Shown one piece after another: positions 62,473 to 64,000 of a stretch of 64,000 nt of DNA. Both the position numbers and the translations under genes were made by a program. This stretch comes from Dictyostelium discoideum (taxonomy: Eukaryota): assembly GCA_000004695.1 (NCBI GenBank), contig CM000152.2, forward strand, positions 256,001-320,000, given 5' to 3'. The notes beneath the pieces were generated by a model. The model saw only the letters and a program-made list of their open reading frames with translations, was not told where the DNA came from and made no database searches. Each line of letters opens with the position of its first letter. The first letter of the stretch is position 1.

Positions 62473-64000
62473 ATGGATTATAATAAAGTTTCAAATATTT
62501 TTAATAATTTATTAATTAAAAATTTAAATAATAATTATAGTTTTAATAATAATATAAATAATATAAATAATTTAAAAGATAAAATTGAATTAACAGAAGA
62601 ATTAATATGTGATTTTAAAGTAATTAATATTCAAGAGATTTTAAAAATTAATAAAGATCTATTAAAAGAAAAAGTTAAAAGAAATCAATTATTAGATTTT
62701 AAAGTAAATAATGAAGAAAGTATTGATAATTGTGGTTTTGGTGTTGGTGGTAGGGTGAATAATTATTTTGAATTAATTTTTAATAATTTTAAAGATGAAA
62801 TAATGGATATTGAATTTTATAAAAATTTATTTAAAAATTATTCAAAATATTTTTTACCATCAATTTTTTACACTGCAAATTATTTATTAAGATGTGATTG
62901 TGTTGTTGGGTTAAATGTTTTAATTGAACATTTTTTATTTAAAATACCAATTAATTTATATCCAAAATCAATTGAATTTGGTTCAATTAATATTTCAAAT
63001 TATTTAGTAAAGGAATATAAATGTAAATTAACCTTGGAGGAACAAAATAATATTTGGTCACTTTTATTAAATAAACCATATAAAAATGAAATAATTTTAA
63101 AAAATTTAAATAAATCATTTCATTATTTAGCAAGTATAAATACAATTTTACCAACAATACCAATAAAATTTGTAATTGATTTCCCAATTAAATCAAAATG
63201 TTTAGATTTTATTATTGATACTTGTTTTTCAATTTCATATATAATCAATTCATTAAAATCATTACAATTTTCATATACTTCAAAAGATTCCACTGAAAAT
63301 CAAATTAAATTATTATCAATAATTGAAATTGAACAAATTAGAAATAAATTTTCAAGTGTAGAATTGGAAACACTTGTTGAAGATTTAGATAATAGTAAAT
63401 ATTCAATTAAATTATTAGTTAAAATGGCATGTTATTTTACAAGTTCAACGTATAGAGATGAAAATTTTACATTTTATAATTTAAAATTTGAAAATAAATT
63501 TGATATTCAAAATTATACAGAACATCAATTAATAGAAAGTTCAATACTTTCATGTAATTATGGTATCTTATCAAAACTTTATGAATTTCATTTAAATGAA
63601 AATGAAAATGATAAAAATTCAATATTTTTAAATATACCAAATGAATATATTACAAATGATCCAAAACAAATATTTAGATATAGTTTACCATTATCAAATG
63701 ATTTAAAAAGACAAAAAATGTTTATTGAATGTTCAATAAATGATTATTGTAATAATAAATTAAATAACAATAGAAAATTCCCAATTAATCATTTAATTAA
63801 AATAATTTTATTATTTAATAATCCAACATTAGTTCAATATATGTTGGATTTAATTATAAAATTTAAACCGATAATACCAAAAATTAAAAATAAAACTATA
63901 ATTTCATGGATACAATCAACCCAGGTTTTTGATTTATTATTTCAACAAAAACAAGAACCATTAATAATTAAAGATTTCAAATTTAAACATTTATTATTAC
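62473..64000 (+). CDS. Asn-rich hypothetical protein, 5' part (open to the end of the window); paralog of 3686-6139
   Basis: From the ATG at 62473 (MDYNKVSNIFNNLLIKNLNNN...) the frame stays open over more than 500 codons to position 64000. It is absent from the ORF track because no stop falls inside the window. It shares ...LFKNYSKYF...ANYLLRCDCVVGLNVLIEHFLFKIP with the 3686-6139 protein (...LFKNYSKYF...AFYITLCDCVVAFDILIKKYNFKP). Confidence 0.55.
   Translation, partial: MDYNKVSNIFNNLLIKNLNNNYSFNNNINNINNLKDKIELTEELICDFKVINIQEILKINKDLLKEKVKRNQLLDFKVNNEESIDNCGFGVGGRVNNYFELIFNNFKDEIMDIEFYKNLFKNYSKYFLPSIFYTANYLLRCDCVVGLNVLIEHFLFKIPINLYPKSIEFGSINISNYLVKEYKCKLTLEEQNNIWSLLLNKPYKNEIILKNLNKSFHYLASINTILPTIPIKFVIDFPIKSKCLDFIIDTCFSISYIINSLKSLQFSYTSKDSTENQIKLLSIIEIEQIRNKFSSVELETLVEDLDNSKYSIKLLVKMACYFTSSTYRDENFTFYNLKFENKFDIQNYTEHQLIESSILSCNYGILSKLYEFHLNENENDKNSIFLNIPNEYITNDPKQIFRYSLPLSNDLKRQKMFIECSINDYCNNKLNNNRKFPINHLIKIILLFNNPTLVQYMLDLIIKFKPIIPKIKNKTIISWIQSTQVFDLLFQQKQEPLIIKDFKFKHLLL

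Overview
This window is eukaryotic nuclear DNA with the hallmarks of a dictyostelid social amoeba, most likely Dictyostelium discoideum. Base composition is about 20-25% GC, intergenic regions are full of long dA/dT tracts, and introns are short (about 70-220 nt), very AT-rich and of the GTAAGT...AG type. Coding regions carry long in-frame AAT, CAA and GAA repeats encoding polyN, polyQ and polyE. I found no bacterial operons, CRISPR arrays, tRNA or rRNA genes, or prokaryotic defence systems. The window is gene-dense, with about 30 protein-coding genes on both strands, many multi-exon. Several are invisible or fragmented in the ORF track. That track marks alternative start codons (TTG/GTG) as 'M', so ORF starts are often not real ATGs. 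Recognised housekeeping genes are: 6-phosphogluconate dehydrogenase, an Amt-family ammonium transporter, mitochondrial trans-2-enoyl-CoA reductase (MECR), pyridoxamine-5'-phosphate oxidase, gamma-type carbonic anhydrase, PTB/hnRNP-I-like protein with 4 RRMs, PDCD5, HACD/PTPLA dehydratase, ARPC1 (Arp2/3 p41), Sec61 beta, diphosphomevalonate decarboxylase, a 2-LIM protein, a 4-EF-hand protein, a small C2-domain protein, a TMEM53-like protein, a TBC+rhodanese (TBC1D23-like) RabGAP and a CaCA-type cation exchanger. The more interesting items are these. A protein kinase has its hinge region broken by two -1 frameshifts. A tgr-like IPT/TIG-repeat membrane-protein locus is decayed by stops and frameshifts and carries a ~240-bp tandem duplication. 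Two 'separate' low-complexity ORFs (8255-10297 and 10401-14651) are almost certainly joined by a 91-nt intron into one ~2100-aa FG-repeat/polyN/polyE/polyQ protein. An Asn-rich paralogous gene family bounds the window on opposite strands. There is an IPT/TIG-containing Gln-rich putative transcription factor and an atypical GTPase-like protein with an Asp/Gly repeat insert. A few sequence motifs are unusual for this AT-rich genome: (CCCCCTT)5 in an intron and a GGGGAAACTTCCCC palindrome. All coordinates for splice junctions are hand-derived and should be treated as approximate (a few nt either way).
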